Shown here piece after piece: positions 36,701 through 45,136 of a stretch of DNA of 64,000 bases. The notes under the pieces were generated by a model. It was not told where the DNA came from. It saw only the letters and a program-made list of their open reading frames with translations, and searched no databases. Numbering within the stretch: the stretch's first letter is position 1; each line of letters starts with the position of its first letter. This DNA comes from an uncultured Myxococcales bacterium (GTDB lineage Bacteria; Myxococcota_A; UBA9042), in contig CAIYWC010000189.1 in the NCBI GenBank assembly GCA_903929795.1, positions 549-64,548 on the forward strand, given 5' to 3'. The translations under genes were made by a program, and so were the position numbers.

Positions 36701-37879
36701 CTCAAATTGCAGGGAATGCGCGAACGCGCTTGGCGTGCCATCCGCAATCGTGTTGGCGTTGCCGTCGAGCGTTGCGCCCTGCGCGTCGAGCGCATTGCCC
36801 TGCGGATCGCGCTTGGGCAGGCCCGCGCGGATGTAGACGCCATCCTCTGCCGCGACGACCACGTCCAGCAGCGTGTCCCCGCCCGACGTCGGTGTCGGCG
36901 CTGAGGTGAAGCCGACAAAACCGGCAGTGGCCGCGACAATCGTCGGGTCCGGAATAACGAAATCATTGATAACCTTGGAAAATTTGTCGTTCTCCTGGCC
37001 CAGAAACGCCGCGGACTTGACGCTGAACACGGCGAGCGTCGCCTGCGTCGGGTCGTTGCTCAGGTCCTGCGCGGTCACTGTCAGCGTGAGTTCCTCGGTC
37101 TTGGACAACGCCGTCGTATCAAGCGTGTAGACGAACTTCCACGTCGTTGGCGGCGGCGATCCGTCGACGACCGGCATGGCCATCGGCTGGGGCAAGATGG
37201 AATTGCCGTCCTCATCCGTGATGTCCAGCGACGCTGATTGCAGGCGATTGTCCTTGACGATCACGGAGATCTGCTGCGTGCCGACAAACACCGCCTCCGT
37301 CACCACCGCGGGCGGCACCGGCTCCGGCAGCGCGACCAGCGAAATCCCGGGCGAACAGTTGTCGACCTCCACGTCCAGGTTCCCCGTGCCGCCCACGTCG
37401 TTGCCGGCGAGCGTCCCGGCGGCGATCACGCTCAACGTCACGGATTCATTGCAGGCGGCCAACGGAGCGCCCGTGGTCTTGTCGGTCATGGTCGTGTCGA
37501 CCGAACACGTGAACTTGCTGCCGCTGACGTTGCAGTTGCTTGTGTTTTTGTCGCCAAATGCGAGCTGAATGCCGGCGGTCTTGTTGAGCGTGACGCCCGG
37601 GTCGAGCGCGAACGTGCCGGCAAGCGAGACCGTGCCTCCGACTGTGATTGTGCCGGTGGCGGCCGCAGCGAGCGCCTTGTCGTTCAATGTGGTGGCCTTG
37701 TCGCTCAATGTGGTGATCGTGACCGTGATGCCGCCCGACACGCCGTTGTTGGTCGACGTTGTCGTCGTTGCGGTCGAGCACCCGCAGAGGGCCAGGAGCC
37801 CGGCGCAGAACCAGCCCGCCCAGACGCGCGGCTGCGACGGCGAAGGTGGGCGGCGGGTGAACGGGACGAAAGCGAGCAT
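33791..37879 (-). CDS. Large FG-GAP/VCBS-repeat lipoprotein (Ca-binding beta-propeller adhesin-like) with N-terminal Ig-like domains
   Basis: Lipobox LCGC; many DxDGDGxxD motifs (DLDGDGDLD, DLNGDSLDD, DVDGDGVLD, DVDEDGLPD, DINNDSIAD, DMDGDGCVD). Confidence 0.85.
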   Translation of the reverse strand: MLAFVPFTRRPPSPSQPRVWAGWFCAGLLALCGCSTATTTTSTNNGVSGGITVTITTLSDKATTLNDKALAAAATGTITVGGTVSLAGTFALDPGVTLNKTAGIQLAFGDKNTSNCNVSGSKFTCSVDTTMTDKTTGAPLAACNESVTLSVIAAGTLAGNDVGGTGNLDVEVDNCSPGISLVALPEPVPPAVVTEAVFVGTQQISVIVKDNRLQSASLDITDEDGNSILPQPMAMPVVDGSPPPTTWKFVYTLDTTALSKTEELTLTVTAQDLSNDPTQATLAVFSVKSAAFLGQENDKFSKVINDFVIPDPTIVAATAGFVGFTSAPTPTSGGDTLLDVVVAAEDGVYIRAGLPKRDPQGNALDAQGATLDGNANTIADGTPSAFAHSLQFEELVPADALYKTRVIRGTADEVKAGALANMSRVFLRDLDGDGDLDILAVGTVTGPAGTFGEVWAILNVPDTYTYTGADSKPVTQTLRAFKIVDTLQLPARPSTAEMADLNGDSLDDLLFGAIKTQDANGQDLDLGLMTLLLTQGPICTVTDDPATPQKSCKDETVNFAGLKSAKVFGDVKVAPNMGVTAVVSIATGDFWDGGGLDVCVGSGNRPIVSCYRNVKGDGTLNQAVDAYQFKDGTDTSLILQVNLPPTLTGGKSGPDLLVASTTGSYLRWLRTNHAGQFSFVEDSAAHRDIPNVLVQAMTVANIGPTGNPYVLAGLLSGEVDGIPLDPTDDAYELACFRAWMIGGVSIRIAAADVDGDGVLDLLNARRSPSGLVTDRSGIQIALGQAKFKGSFIAPTVHHICAEYAPATARGVQHIAAAKVVDFDKDKKNELLVIGVQSSSSAIGALGNLNGNPMPIWPMAVFMNVGGQLNPEPRQGEFSPYNPGSRTAAGFTQDLTNGAPLPFGSVVAAALGDVDEDGLPDLVTVRSASAYAVGTEVPAGDCGCVFAEQNEISNGYGEDGPSGTDANPAVCCSNFGFADTNKTSPIFGFGGTGAPMNRASAHVFLSSKTGPLGLAAKCNWLPSTNICNMTPAYALSGGRNPLDVQLVDVDGDKALDIVTAMDNDGVACFKTTPDKAPFLAARVRLFKNDTVAQHLSAGKAHFTAQFLGDDKATPRDKIELQNCDDKHILSPSIVSYRVMPDGLAAIVAAPWPNPVNAKLDPVTIFGLGTAYGQIGILPHMTGFTYAKHATSPIGGTPNAFEAADINNDSIADMLVLSNSGSQLAILTGKVNDTGGKDAAFDTQTVLSVISPSFSGAVAAAMGDVNHDSNLDLVLLGKGDSASILFLLGTGHGTFVPFAGSAVGVNPVALEIADMDGDGCVDIVVRSQDSVTIIQNEGTASGECAQALLWTHASELAAIVPTSP

Positions 37880-37894
37880 GGAACCCCCAAAATC

Positions 37895-37922
37895 ATTGTG
37901 CCAGTCGCGAACGCAAGGTCAA
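37895..37922 (-). promoter_or_regulatory. Putative sigma-70 promoter of the FG-GAP gene
   Basis: Minus strand TTGACC, 16 bp spacer, CACAAT. Confidence 0.45.
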
Positions 37923-37931
37923 GCAAGTCGC

Positions 37932-37997
37932 CGGCGCGCGGTCCCACTCGCGGTCTCGGTACCGGTCTCGGTACCGCAAGTGAGACCGGTCGCGCCG
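37932..37997. repeat. Imperfect inverted repeat enclosing a 12-bp tandem duplication; candidate enhancer (UAS)
   Basis: GTCCCACTCGCGGT and ACCGCAAGTGAGAC pair at 12/14 positions. CGGTCTCGGTAC is repeated at 37951-37962 and 37963-37974. Confidence 0.7.
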
Positions 37998-38024
37998 ACG
38001 TCGTCGCATGCCACAAGCCAGTAT

Positions 38025-38067
38025 TTTCAAGTGGTTGAAACGCGCTCTCGCTTGGCACGGTTCTTGC
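38025..38067 (+). promoter_or_regulatory. sigma-54 (-24/-12) promoter with adjacent IHF-like site
   Basis: TGGCACG-GTTC-TTGC at 38053-38067 matches TGGCACG-N4-TTGC exactly. TTTCAA-GTGG-TTG at 38025-38037 has one mismatch to WATCAA-N4-TTR. Confidence 0.8.
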
Positions 38068-38110
38068 GGTGCGTGTAGAGAGCCGTCCCACGCGGCCAGC
38101 GAGCCCGACC

Positions 38111-38515
38111 ATGCACCTGACCACACCGCCTGCGCCCGTCCGCCTGCGCGACGCCCTGGACGTTGCGGCACACTTTCGCGACCTGGCGCTGCTGGAACGT
38201 GAAGTGCTGGCGATTGCCGGGCTGGACCACCGCGGGCAACTGCTGTGCGAGCGGCGCCTGCACGGCCATGCGTTTGGCGTCAGTGCGACACCGCGCGACC
38301 TGTTGCCGGCGGTCCTGGCGGCAGGTGCGGTGGCGGCGATCCTGGTCCACAACCACCCGAGCGGCCGGTTGGCGCCATCGGACGCGGACCTCGCGTTCAC
38401 CACGCGCTTTCGGGAAGCGGCCGCCGTCTGCGGCTTGCAGCTCCTTGACCACGTCATCGTGGCGAGCGGCGGTTGGCTGAGTCTGCGGCATGCCGGCTGG
38501 CTGGAGCTGCCGTGA
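38111..38515 (+). CDS. radC: RadC-family JAB/MPN domain-only protein
   Basis: ERE, PRD......L...A.AAILVHNHPSG...PS.AD, LLDHVIV. Lacks the N-terminal HhH part of full-length RadC. Confidence 0.88.
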   Translation: MHLTTPPAPVRLRDALDVAAHFRDLALLEREVLAIAGLDHRGQLLCERRLHGHAFGVSATPRDLLPAVLAAGAVAAILVHNHPSGRLAPSDADLAFTTRFREAAAVCGLQLLDHVIVASGGWLSLRHAGWLELP

Positions 38516-38840
38516 GGCGGCCCGACGCGGTCGCTGGCGCGCTCACCGCCGTCGCAGCGGCGCTGGTGTTGGTGATGGTTCTCGCGTGCGTGCACGCCCG
38601 CCCGGAGGCCCCCGCGGACGCGCGTGGAGGCGCCTGGGCCGCGCGAGGCTGCATCGACCCTGCTATCGCTACGGCGCAGGATTGGCGGGTGGTTCCGGGC
38701 ATTACGCGTCAACTCGCGCACGAGCTCGTCGCGGCGTGCCAGACGGGCGCCTGTGCCGCCCAACTCCCCGCGCTGCCCGGCGTTGGTCCGGTGCTGCGCC
38801 AACGCCTCCGGGCGAGCCTGTGCCGGCCGCGGCGCGCCGA
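38512..38840 (+). CDS. ComEA-like membrane-anchored helix-hairpin-helix protein (3' end undefined: no in-frame stop until 41253)
   Basis: GTGA overlap with the radC stop; N-terminal TM; IDPAIATAQDWRVVPGI...LA..LV and LPALPGVGP..RQRL resemble the two HhH motifs of ComEA. Confidence 0.55.
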
Positions 38841-38841
38841 G

Positions 38842-40098
38842 TCAGGTCTTCTCCAGCTCAAACTTGTCGTGCAGCACGCGCACGGCCGCATCCGCGAACC
38901 GATCCTCGACGACGCACGAGATCTTGATCTCGCTGGTCGAGATGAGCAGGATGCTGATTCCGGCCTCGCCGAGCGCCGCAAAAGTCTTTTGTGCGACGCC
39001 AGGTTGCGACACCATGCCAGCGCCGACGACGGACACTTTGGCCAGGCTCTTGTCCAGCGAGCAGCTGCGAAAGCCGAGCTCCTGTTGCAGCCCCGCGATC
39101 AGCTGAACCGCGCGGTCCGCGACGTTGCGCGGCACCGTGAACGTGACGTCCGTCCGGCCGTCCAGCGGGGGATTCTGGATGATCACATCGATGTTGATCC
39201 CGGCTTCCGCCATCGGCGCGAACAGGCGGGCCGCCGCGCCCGGCTTGTCGAGAATTCCGACGATCGTGAGCTTCGCCGTGTTCTTGTCGCAGCTCACGGC
39301 CGTGACGACGGCGCCTTCCAACCCTTTCATTTCCGCACCCTCCAGACCAGACATCTCCGGCACGACCCAGCTGCCTTCGCCGTCGCTGAACGACGACCGG
39401 CAGTGCAGCGTCACGCGGTATTTCAGGGCAAATTCAACCGACCGCGTCTGCAGCACCTTGGCACCGAGGCTCGCGAGCTCCAGCATCTCCTCGGAGCCGA
39501 TCCGCGGGATCTTGCGCGCCTTCTCGTAGACGTTTGGATCCGTCGTGTAGATGCCGTCGACGTCGGAGTAGATCTCGCACGCGTCGGCGTTCAGCGCTGC
39601 AGCCATGGCGACGGCCGACAGGTCGCTGCCACCGCGGCCCAGCGTCGTGATGTTGCCGTCCTGGTCGACGCCCTGGAACCCGGCGATGATGACGATTTCC
39701 CCGTTCCGCAGGCATTCCTGGACCGGGTCGGCCTTGATCGAGCGGATGCGCGCGCTGCCGTGCATCGAATCCGTGCGAATTTCCACCTGATGCCCGAGAA
39801 AGCTGCGTGCCTGATGACCCAGCTCGCGGATCGCCAGCGCCAGGAGCGCGATGGAGACCTGCTCGCCGGTGGCCAACAGCACGTCGATCTCGCGATCCGC
39901 CGGCCGGGTCGAGACGCCCGCCGCCAGCTTCAGCAGCCGATCCGTCTCGCCTTGCATCGCCGAGACGACCACGACGACCTGATGGCCTTGCGAAGCGGTC
40001 TGAACGGCGCGCCGCGCGACGTTTTGGATGCGCTCGATCGTGGCCATCGAGCTGCCGCCGAACTTCTGGACAATCAATTGCGGGGAATTCTCGGTCAT
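38842..40098 (-). CDS. lysC: Aspartate kinase
   Basis: IVQKFGGSS, VVVVSAM, ATGEQ.S, AGFQG, TTLGRGGSD, DVDGIYTTDP; two ACT domains; ISTSEIKIS. Confidence 0.96.
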   Translation of the reverse strand: MTENSPQLIVQKFGGSSMATIERIQNVARRAVQTASQGHQVVVVVSAMQGETDRLLKLAAGVSTRPADREIDVLLATGEQVSIALLALAIRELGHQARSFLGHQVEIRTDSMHGSARIRSIKADPVQECLRNGEIVIIAGFQGVDQDGNITTLGRGGSDLSAVAMAAALNADACEIYSDVDGIYTTDPNVYEKARKIPRIGSEEMLELASLGAKVLQTRSVEFALKYRVTLHCRSSFSDGEGSWVVPEMSGLEGAEMKGLEGAVVTAVSCDKNTAKLTIVGILDKPGAAARLFAPMAEAGINIDVIIQNPPLDGRTDVTFTVPRNVADRAVQLIAGLQQELGFRSCSLDKSLAKVSVVGAGMVSQPGVAQKTFAALGEAGISILLISTSEIKISCVVEDRFADAAVRVLHDKFELEKT

Positions 40099-40137
40099 CG
40101 TTCCTGGTACGCTGGTGGGCCTGAGCCGCCGCATGAG

Positions 40138-41142
40138 TCAGTGCGCGGCGGGGGCCGCTGGCGGCGCGGCACTTTCGCGCAGCATCGACCACTTTGCAAC
40201 CGCTGGCAGCAGGGTCAGCGTCACGCCCGCAACCGGATGGACCGACAGCTTGATCGGCTCGTCCGGCGTCGCATTCGCGAAGTCAGCAAAGACCAGATTC
40301 ACAGGCGGCTTTTCAGCCAGCGCGGTGACGGCGCGCGCAAGGCCTTCGGCGCGAATGGTCACTTCAGCCGGCGTCAGGATGCAGCGCTGTGCCGGCGGGC
40401 AGCCGCGCACCATGATCGGCTGGTTCTCGAGATTCTTGACGATTTCGCGCTCCTCCAGCGCCACTTCCACCGTTACCTCCTCGACCGAGAGCTGCACACG
40501 GCGGTCGCCCGGCGGCACGAGCCGGAGCAGGACGCGAAGGTCGTGATCGGCGCCGTGGAGGTCCAGCGGATTGGTCCGCACCGACCGCACCGACCGCACC
40601 TGACCGGCGGGGCCAAAGACCTTGACGCGCGCGGGGTCAACGACCGCGCCTTTTTGGCTCTGGCGAAAACCAGTCGCCGGTTCGCCCGAGATCGGCACTT
40701 CCACAGGAACCGTCACCTCCGCCGCTTGGTCCAACCGCACGAGCAGCGAAGGCGGCTCGATCCCCAGCACTTCGATCTGGCTCGAACCGAGCTGCACTTC
40801 CACCGTGCGGGGATCGAAGACGAACCGCTCGCCGTCGCGATACGCCGCGAGATCAATGGACAAGCGCCCCGGACGGTCGCGCAGAAGCTGTTGAATCGCA
40901 CCGCGCCGCCCGCGCACGCGCACCTTGACCGCTTCGGGCGCCTCGCCGACGAACACCTTGGTCTTCGCGACGTTGATCAGGGCGATCGGCACCGCCAGCT
41001 CGCTCTCCTTGACGCTGTCGCGCTGCACCACCATGTGGAGCAGCGCCGCGAGCGCAATCGACAGGATCTTCAAGCCCAGGTTGGCCGTCACGAGCGTGCG
41101 CACGCGCAGGGCAAACCGACCGAGCAGGCGGAACGGCGTCAT
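40138..41142 (-). CDS. cdaR: CdaR/YbbR-like regulator of diadenylate cyclase
   Basis: NLGLKILSIALA.LL TM, V.VRVRG, G.PA.GF, V.P..V.V.GP YbbR repeats; downstream of cdaA. Confidence 0.85.
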   Translation of the reverse strand: MTPFRLLGRFALRVRTLVTANLGLKILSIALAALLHMVVQRDSVKESELAVPIALINVAKTKVFVGEAPEAVKVRVRGRRGAIQQLLRDRPGRLSIDLAAYRDGERFVFDPRTVEVQLGSSQIEVLGIEPPSLLVRLDQAAEVTVPVEVPISGEPATGFRQSQKGAVVDPARVKVFGPAGQVRSVRSVRTNPLDLHGADHDLRVLLRLVPPGDRRVQLSVEEVTVEVALEEREIVKNLENQPIMVRGCPPAQRCILTPAEVTIRAEGLARAVTALAEKPPVNLVFADFANATPDEPIKLSVHPVAGVTLTLLPAVAKWSMLRESAAPPAAPAAH

Positions 41143-42089
41143 GACGGATCGCCTCCGACGTCGATGTCCTCGGAATCCGTGGCGCTGCGGCTGTGGACGG
41201 TGAGGACGGTGCTGCCCGGACGAATCGGGGAGGCGGTCGCGCCGTGGACGTGAATCCGCCGTTTCCAGGCCCGGCGCCACGGCGCCATCGCTTCAGGCTG
41301 GTCGCCAAACAGCAGGCGGAACCGCTCGCGCAAATCCGCGGGCTGCAAGTTCAAGTCCAGCTGGCCCATGTAGGCGATGCCGCAGGTGCCCGTTTCTTCC
41401 GAGACGACGACGACGACCGCGTCCGTCTCATCCGCGAGCCCCAGCGCCGCGCGGTGCCGCGATCCGAGCGTTCCCGGAATGCCCGCGCCGCCGGCCAGCG
41501 GCAAAAAGCAGGCCGCGGCGGCAATCTTGCCCTTTTGCAGGATCACCGCGCCGTCGTGGGTCGCGTTGGCGTGCTCCGGGTTGAACAGCGCGGCGAGCAG
41601 CTGCCACGAGACTTCCGCGTTGATGCGCACGCCGTCGGCGACATAACGGTCCAGCGCCGCCTGCTGCTCGATGACGATCAGCGCGCCCAGATGCTTCTGA
41701 CTGAGCACCGCGCAGGCGCGCAGCACCTCCTCCAGCACTTCATTGCTCGCCGAATCCTTGGACGAAAAGACCAAGGGCGACCGCACCATCGTGGTCAGCG
41801 CGCGCTTGATGTCCTCCTGGAACAAGATGACGAACAGCACGACGATCGACGACACAAACCGGCCGAGCAGCCAATGAATGGTCGGCAGATCGAGAACGTC
41901 TTCCTGGCTGGCGTAATAGAGCAGAAACAGCACGGCAACGGCCGTGAGCATCGCACCCGAGCGCGAGCCGCGCAGCAGCGTGAGGACCTGGTAGATGAGC
42001 GCGGCGACCAGCGCGATGTCCAATACCCAGCGCCACTCGGCGGGCGCCGAGGACGAGAGAAATGCGCTGGAGAAGTCGAAATCGGGCAC
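41139..42089 (-). CDS. cdaA: Membrane-bound diadenylate cyclase CdaA/DacA
   Basis: Three N-terminal TMs (LDIALVA, ILFQEDIKRAL), GALIVIE, HDGAVI, GSRHRAALG, VVVSEETG. Confidence 0.93.
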   Translation of the reverse strand: MPDFDFSSAFLSSSAPAEWRWVLDIALVAALIYQVLTLLRGSRSGAMLTAVAVLFLLYYASQEDVLDLPTIHWLLGRFVSSIVVLFVILFQEDIKRALTTMVRSPLVFSSKDSASNEVLEEVLRACAVLSQKHLGALIVIEQQAALDRYVADGVRINAEVSWQLLAALFNPEHANATHDGAVILQKGKIAAAACFLPLAGGAGIPGTLGSRHRAALGLADETDAVVVVVSEETGTCGIAYMGQLDLNLQPADLRERFRLLFGDQPEAMAPWRRAWKRRIHVHGATASPIRPGSTVLTVHSRSATDSEDIDVGGDPS

Positions 42090-42154
42090 CGCGCCTTGCG
42101 TCTCCTCTGGGTTTCAAGCCGACAGCGGTTGCGCGCCGCGGACAAACTCGCCTT

Positions 42155-43051
42155 TCAGCAAGTGGTTTCAGTGGCAGCGTCGCGAATGGCTGCGGCCACG
42201 TCAAGCACTTGTCGCATGACGTGTACGTCATGCACGCGGACAAAGGCAGCTCCGGCAAGCACCGCCGCCGTCACTGCCGCCGCCGTCGCGCCCAGCCGAT
42301 CCTCCACGGGCGTGCCGGTGATCGCGCCGAGGAACGACTTTCGCGACGGGCCGAGGTACAACGGCAGTCCGAGCCTAGCAAGGGCCCCGGATCGGCGCAA
42401 TAAAGCCAGATTCTGCTGGAGCGACTTGCCAAACCCGATGCCCGGATCGATCGCCAACTGGCCGCGGGCGACGCCAGCGGCTTCAGCACGGACAGCCGCT
42501 TGTCCGAGCGCGGCGGCAATCTCGGTGATGGCCGCCAACGGGTCTGCCGGCAGCGCGTCGACCCGCTGGGACGGCGCCATCTGGCCCACGGCGTGCGGCA
42601 TGTGCATGAGCACCCACGCGGCGCCCGCGCGCGCGACGACCTCGCCCATCAGCGGATCGGAGAACCCGCTGACATCATTGATCATGGCCGCGCCAAGGTC
42701 CAACGCGGCTTGGGCGATTTCCGACCGGCGCGTGTCCACCGAGAGCGGCACGTCCAGTCGCCGCGCAAGCGCTTCAACCGCCGGAAGCACCCGCTCCGCT
42801 TCTTGCGTCGGACTGACCGCCGCGGCGTGCGGCCTCGTCGATTCGCCACCCAGATCAAGCAGATCCGCGCCATCGCGCATGAGCTCTTCCGCCCGGCGCA
42901 GGACCTGGTCCAGCGTCGCGAGCTGCCCGCCGTCGGAAAAACTGTCCGGCGTAACGTTGAGGATCCCGACGAGCAGCGGCTTGCGCAGATCAAAGCCGCG
43001 ATGGCGCAGGTACATCGGCGCCTCGCGGCCTGGAAAAATCTGCTCCGCCAC
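42155..43051 (-). CDS. folP: Dihydropteroate synthase
   Basis: GILNVTPDSFSDGG, DLGGESTRP, SVDT, INDVSG, DPGIGFGK, SRKSF, VRVHDV. Confidence 0.96.
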   Translation of the reverse strand: MAEQIFPGREAPMYLRHRGFDLRKPLLVGILNVTPDSFSDGGQLATLDQVLRRAEELMRDGADLLDLGGESTRPHAAAVSPTQEAERVLPAVEALARRLDVPLSVDTRRSEIAQAALDLGAAMINDVSGFSDPLMGEVVARAGAAWVLMHMPHAVGQMAPSQRVDALPADPLAAITEIAAALGQAAVRAEAAGVARGQLAIDPGIGFGKSLQQNLALLRRSGALARLGLPLYLGPSRKSFLGAITGTPVEDRLGATAAAVTAAVLAGAAFVRVHDVHVMRQVLDVAAAIRDAATETTC

Positions 43052-43057
43052 CCGCGC

Positions 43058-44995
43058 TCAGTGCGTCAGCGGCTCTGGCAGACCCGGCAGCGAGTCGATG
43101 ACCGGCGGCGGTGTCGGTTTCTTGTTGGCGCTGTTGGCCGCGTCCTGCGCCACGCGGTGGCGCACCTTGGCTTCGCGGCCCGAGCGCAACTCCTTGATAT
43201 CCTTATTTTCGATGATCCAGTCGACTTCCTCGCCGTCCAGCGTCTCGAATTCCAGCAGCGCCGTGGTCAGCAGGTCCAGCTGGTCGCGGTGGTCGGTCAG
43301 GATTTGCCGCGCGCGGTTGTAGTTCTCGTCGACAAGCCGGCGAATTTCCTGGTCAACCTGCACCGCCGTGGACTCGGAGAAGTTCTGCACGTGGCCGTAA
43401 TCGCGCCCGAGAAACGGCTCGCCCTCTTTCTTGCCATACGCCAGCGGACCCAGCCGCGACATGCCCCACTCGCAGACCATCTGCCGCGCCATGCCGGTCG
43501 CCTGCTCGATGTCGTTCGCCGCGCCTGTCGTGATTTCGCCCAGCACAATGTCCTCGGCGATGCGTCCACCCATCATGATCGCAATGCGATCGAGCAGGTA
43601 GCTCGCCGAGTGCGAATAGCGATCACGCTCCGGCAGCTGCTGGGTCAGACCCAAAGCACGCCCGCGCGGCACAATCGTCACTTTGTGCAGTGGATCCGAG
43701 GTCTTGAGATGCTTCGACACAAGCGCGTGGCCCGCCTCATGCACCGCCGTCAACTTCAACTCGTCGGCGTTCAGCATCATCCCGCGCCGTTCCGCGCCCA
43801 TGATGACCTTGTCCTTGGACTGCTCCAGATCCGCCATCGACACCAGATCGTGATCCTGCCGCGCGGCCAGAAGCGCGCCCTCATTGATGAGGTTCTCGAG
43901 GTCCGCACCGGCAAAACCCGGCGTCCCGCGCGCGATCGTCTGCAGGTCCACGTCCGGCGAGAGCGGCACTTTGCGCGTGTGCACTTTGAGGATCGCCAGC
44001 CGGCCTTTGGCGTCGGGCGCCGGCACGACCACGCGCCGATCGAACCGCCCCGCGCGCAGCAGCGCCGGGTCCAGCACGTCCGGTCGGTTGGTCGCCGCCA
44101 CGAGGATCACGCCGGTATTGTTTTCGAAACCGTCCATCTCCACGAGCAGCTGGTTCAGCGTCTGCTCGCGTTCGTCGTGCCCGCCGCCCATGCCCGCGCC
44201 GCGGTGGCGACCGACAGCGTCGATTTCATCAATAAAAATAATGCACGGCGCATTCTTCTTACCCTGCTCAAACAAGTCGCGCACGCGGCTCGCGCCCACG
44301 CCCACGAACATCTCGACAAAATCCGAGCCCGAGATCGAGAAAAACGGCACACCCGCCTCACCCGCGACCGCGCGCGCCAGCAGCGTCTTGCCCGTGCCCG
44401 GCTGGCCCATCAGCAGCACGCCCTTGGGAATGCGACCGCCGAGCCGCGTAAACTTCTTGGGATCTTTCAGAAATTGAATAATCTCCTCCAGCTCCTGCTT
44501 GGACTCATCGATGCCGGCCACGTCCTCAAAAGTCACGCGGTTGGTCGCCTCGGTCAGCATTTTAGCCTTCGACTTGCCAAAGCTCATCGCGCGGTTGCCA
44601 CCGGATTGAATCTGCCGCATGAAGAAAAAGAACAGGCCGATAATGACGAGCATCGGCAAGCCATTGATCAGCAACTGAAAAAGCCAAGTATTGGCCTCTT
44701 CACGCTCGTAGTTGATCTCCACACCTTTGGCGATGAGGTCTTTTTGGAAGCTCGTGATGTCGCCCGTCGTGCGAAACAGGTCGCCGTTGCCCAGCGTGCC
44801 GTCGATGTTGTTGCCGCGGACCGTGATGTCGCGCACGCGATCCGTCGCCGGCACCTTGTCAACATTCAGGGAATTGTTGACGAACTGCGTGAACGAGAGC
44901 TGCTTGGTCTTGCCCGTCGCGGTCGAATATTGGATGACCATCACGACCAGCAGGAACACGCCGGCCCAGATCAAAAGACTTTTCGTATGCTTCAA
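43058..44995 (-). CDS. ftsH: ATP-dependent zinc metalloprotease FtsH
   Basis: Two TMs, [21 protein letters not shown] motif, HEAGH. TTG start chosen for spacing from AGGAG (alternative ATG at 45001). Confidence 0.97.
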   Translation of the reverse strand: MKHTKSLLIWAGVFLLVVMVIQYSTATGKTKQLSFTQFVNNSLNVDKVPATDRVRDITVRGNNIDGTLGNGDLFRTTGDITSFQKDLIAKGVEINYEREEANTWLFQLLINGLPMLVIIGLFFFFMRQIQSGGNRAMSFGKSKAKMLTEATNRVTFEDVAGIDESKQELEEIIQFLKDPKKFTRLGGRIPKGVLLMGQPGTGKTLLARAVAGEAGVPFFSISGSDFVEMFVGVGASRVRDLFEQGKKNAPCIIFIDEIDAVGRHRGAGMGGGHDEREQTLNQLLVEMDGFENNTGVILVAATNRPDVLDPALLRAGRFDRRVVVPAPDAKGRLAILKVHTRKVPLSPDVDLQTIARGTPGFAGADLENLINEGALLAARQDHDLVSMADLEQSKDKVIMGAERRGMMLNADELKLTAVHEAGHALVSKHLKTSDPLHKVTIVPRGRALGLTQQLPERDRYSHSASYLLDRIAIMMGGRIAEDIVLGEITTGAANDIEQATGMARQMVCEWGMSRLGPLAYGKKEGEPFLGRDYGHVQNFSESTAVQVDQEIRRLVDENYNRARQILTDHRDQLDLLTTALLEFETLDGEEVDWIIENKDIKELRSGREAKVRHRVAQDAANSANKKPTPPPVIDSLPGLPEPLTH

Positions 44996-45107
44996 GATCA
45001 TCTCCTGATTGGCTGCCTTCGCCCGGCGCCATGCGCCCTGTTGGACGCACGACGGACCGAAAAAGTGCGCGGGAAGCACGCACAAGATGCGAACACCCAC
45101 GCTTGGC

Positions 45108-45136
45108 AGGTTAGTCCGCGGGTGCCGCTCGCGCAA
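45108..45136 (-). promoter_or_regulatory. Putative internal sigma-70 promoter for ftsH
   Basis: Minus strand TTGCGC, 17 bp spacer, TAACCT, overlapping the tilS stop. Confidence 0.5.

Noticed and set aside
38111-38515. radC as a marker of a mobile element or prophage
   Set aside because: No integrase, transposase, att-like repeats or compositional shift is present, and the flanks are a surface-protein gene and core genes.
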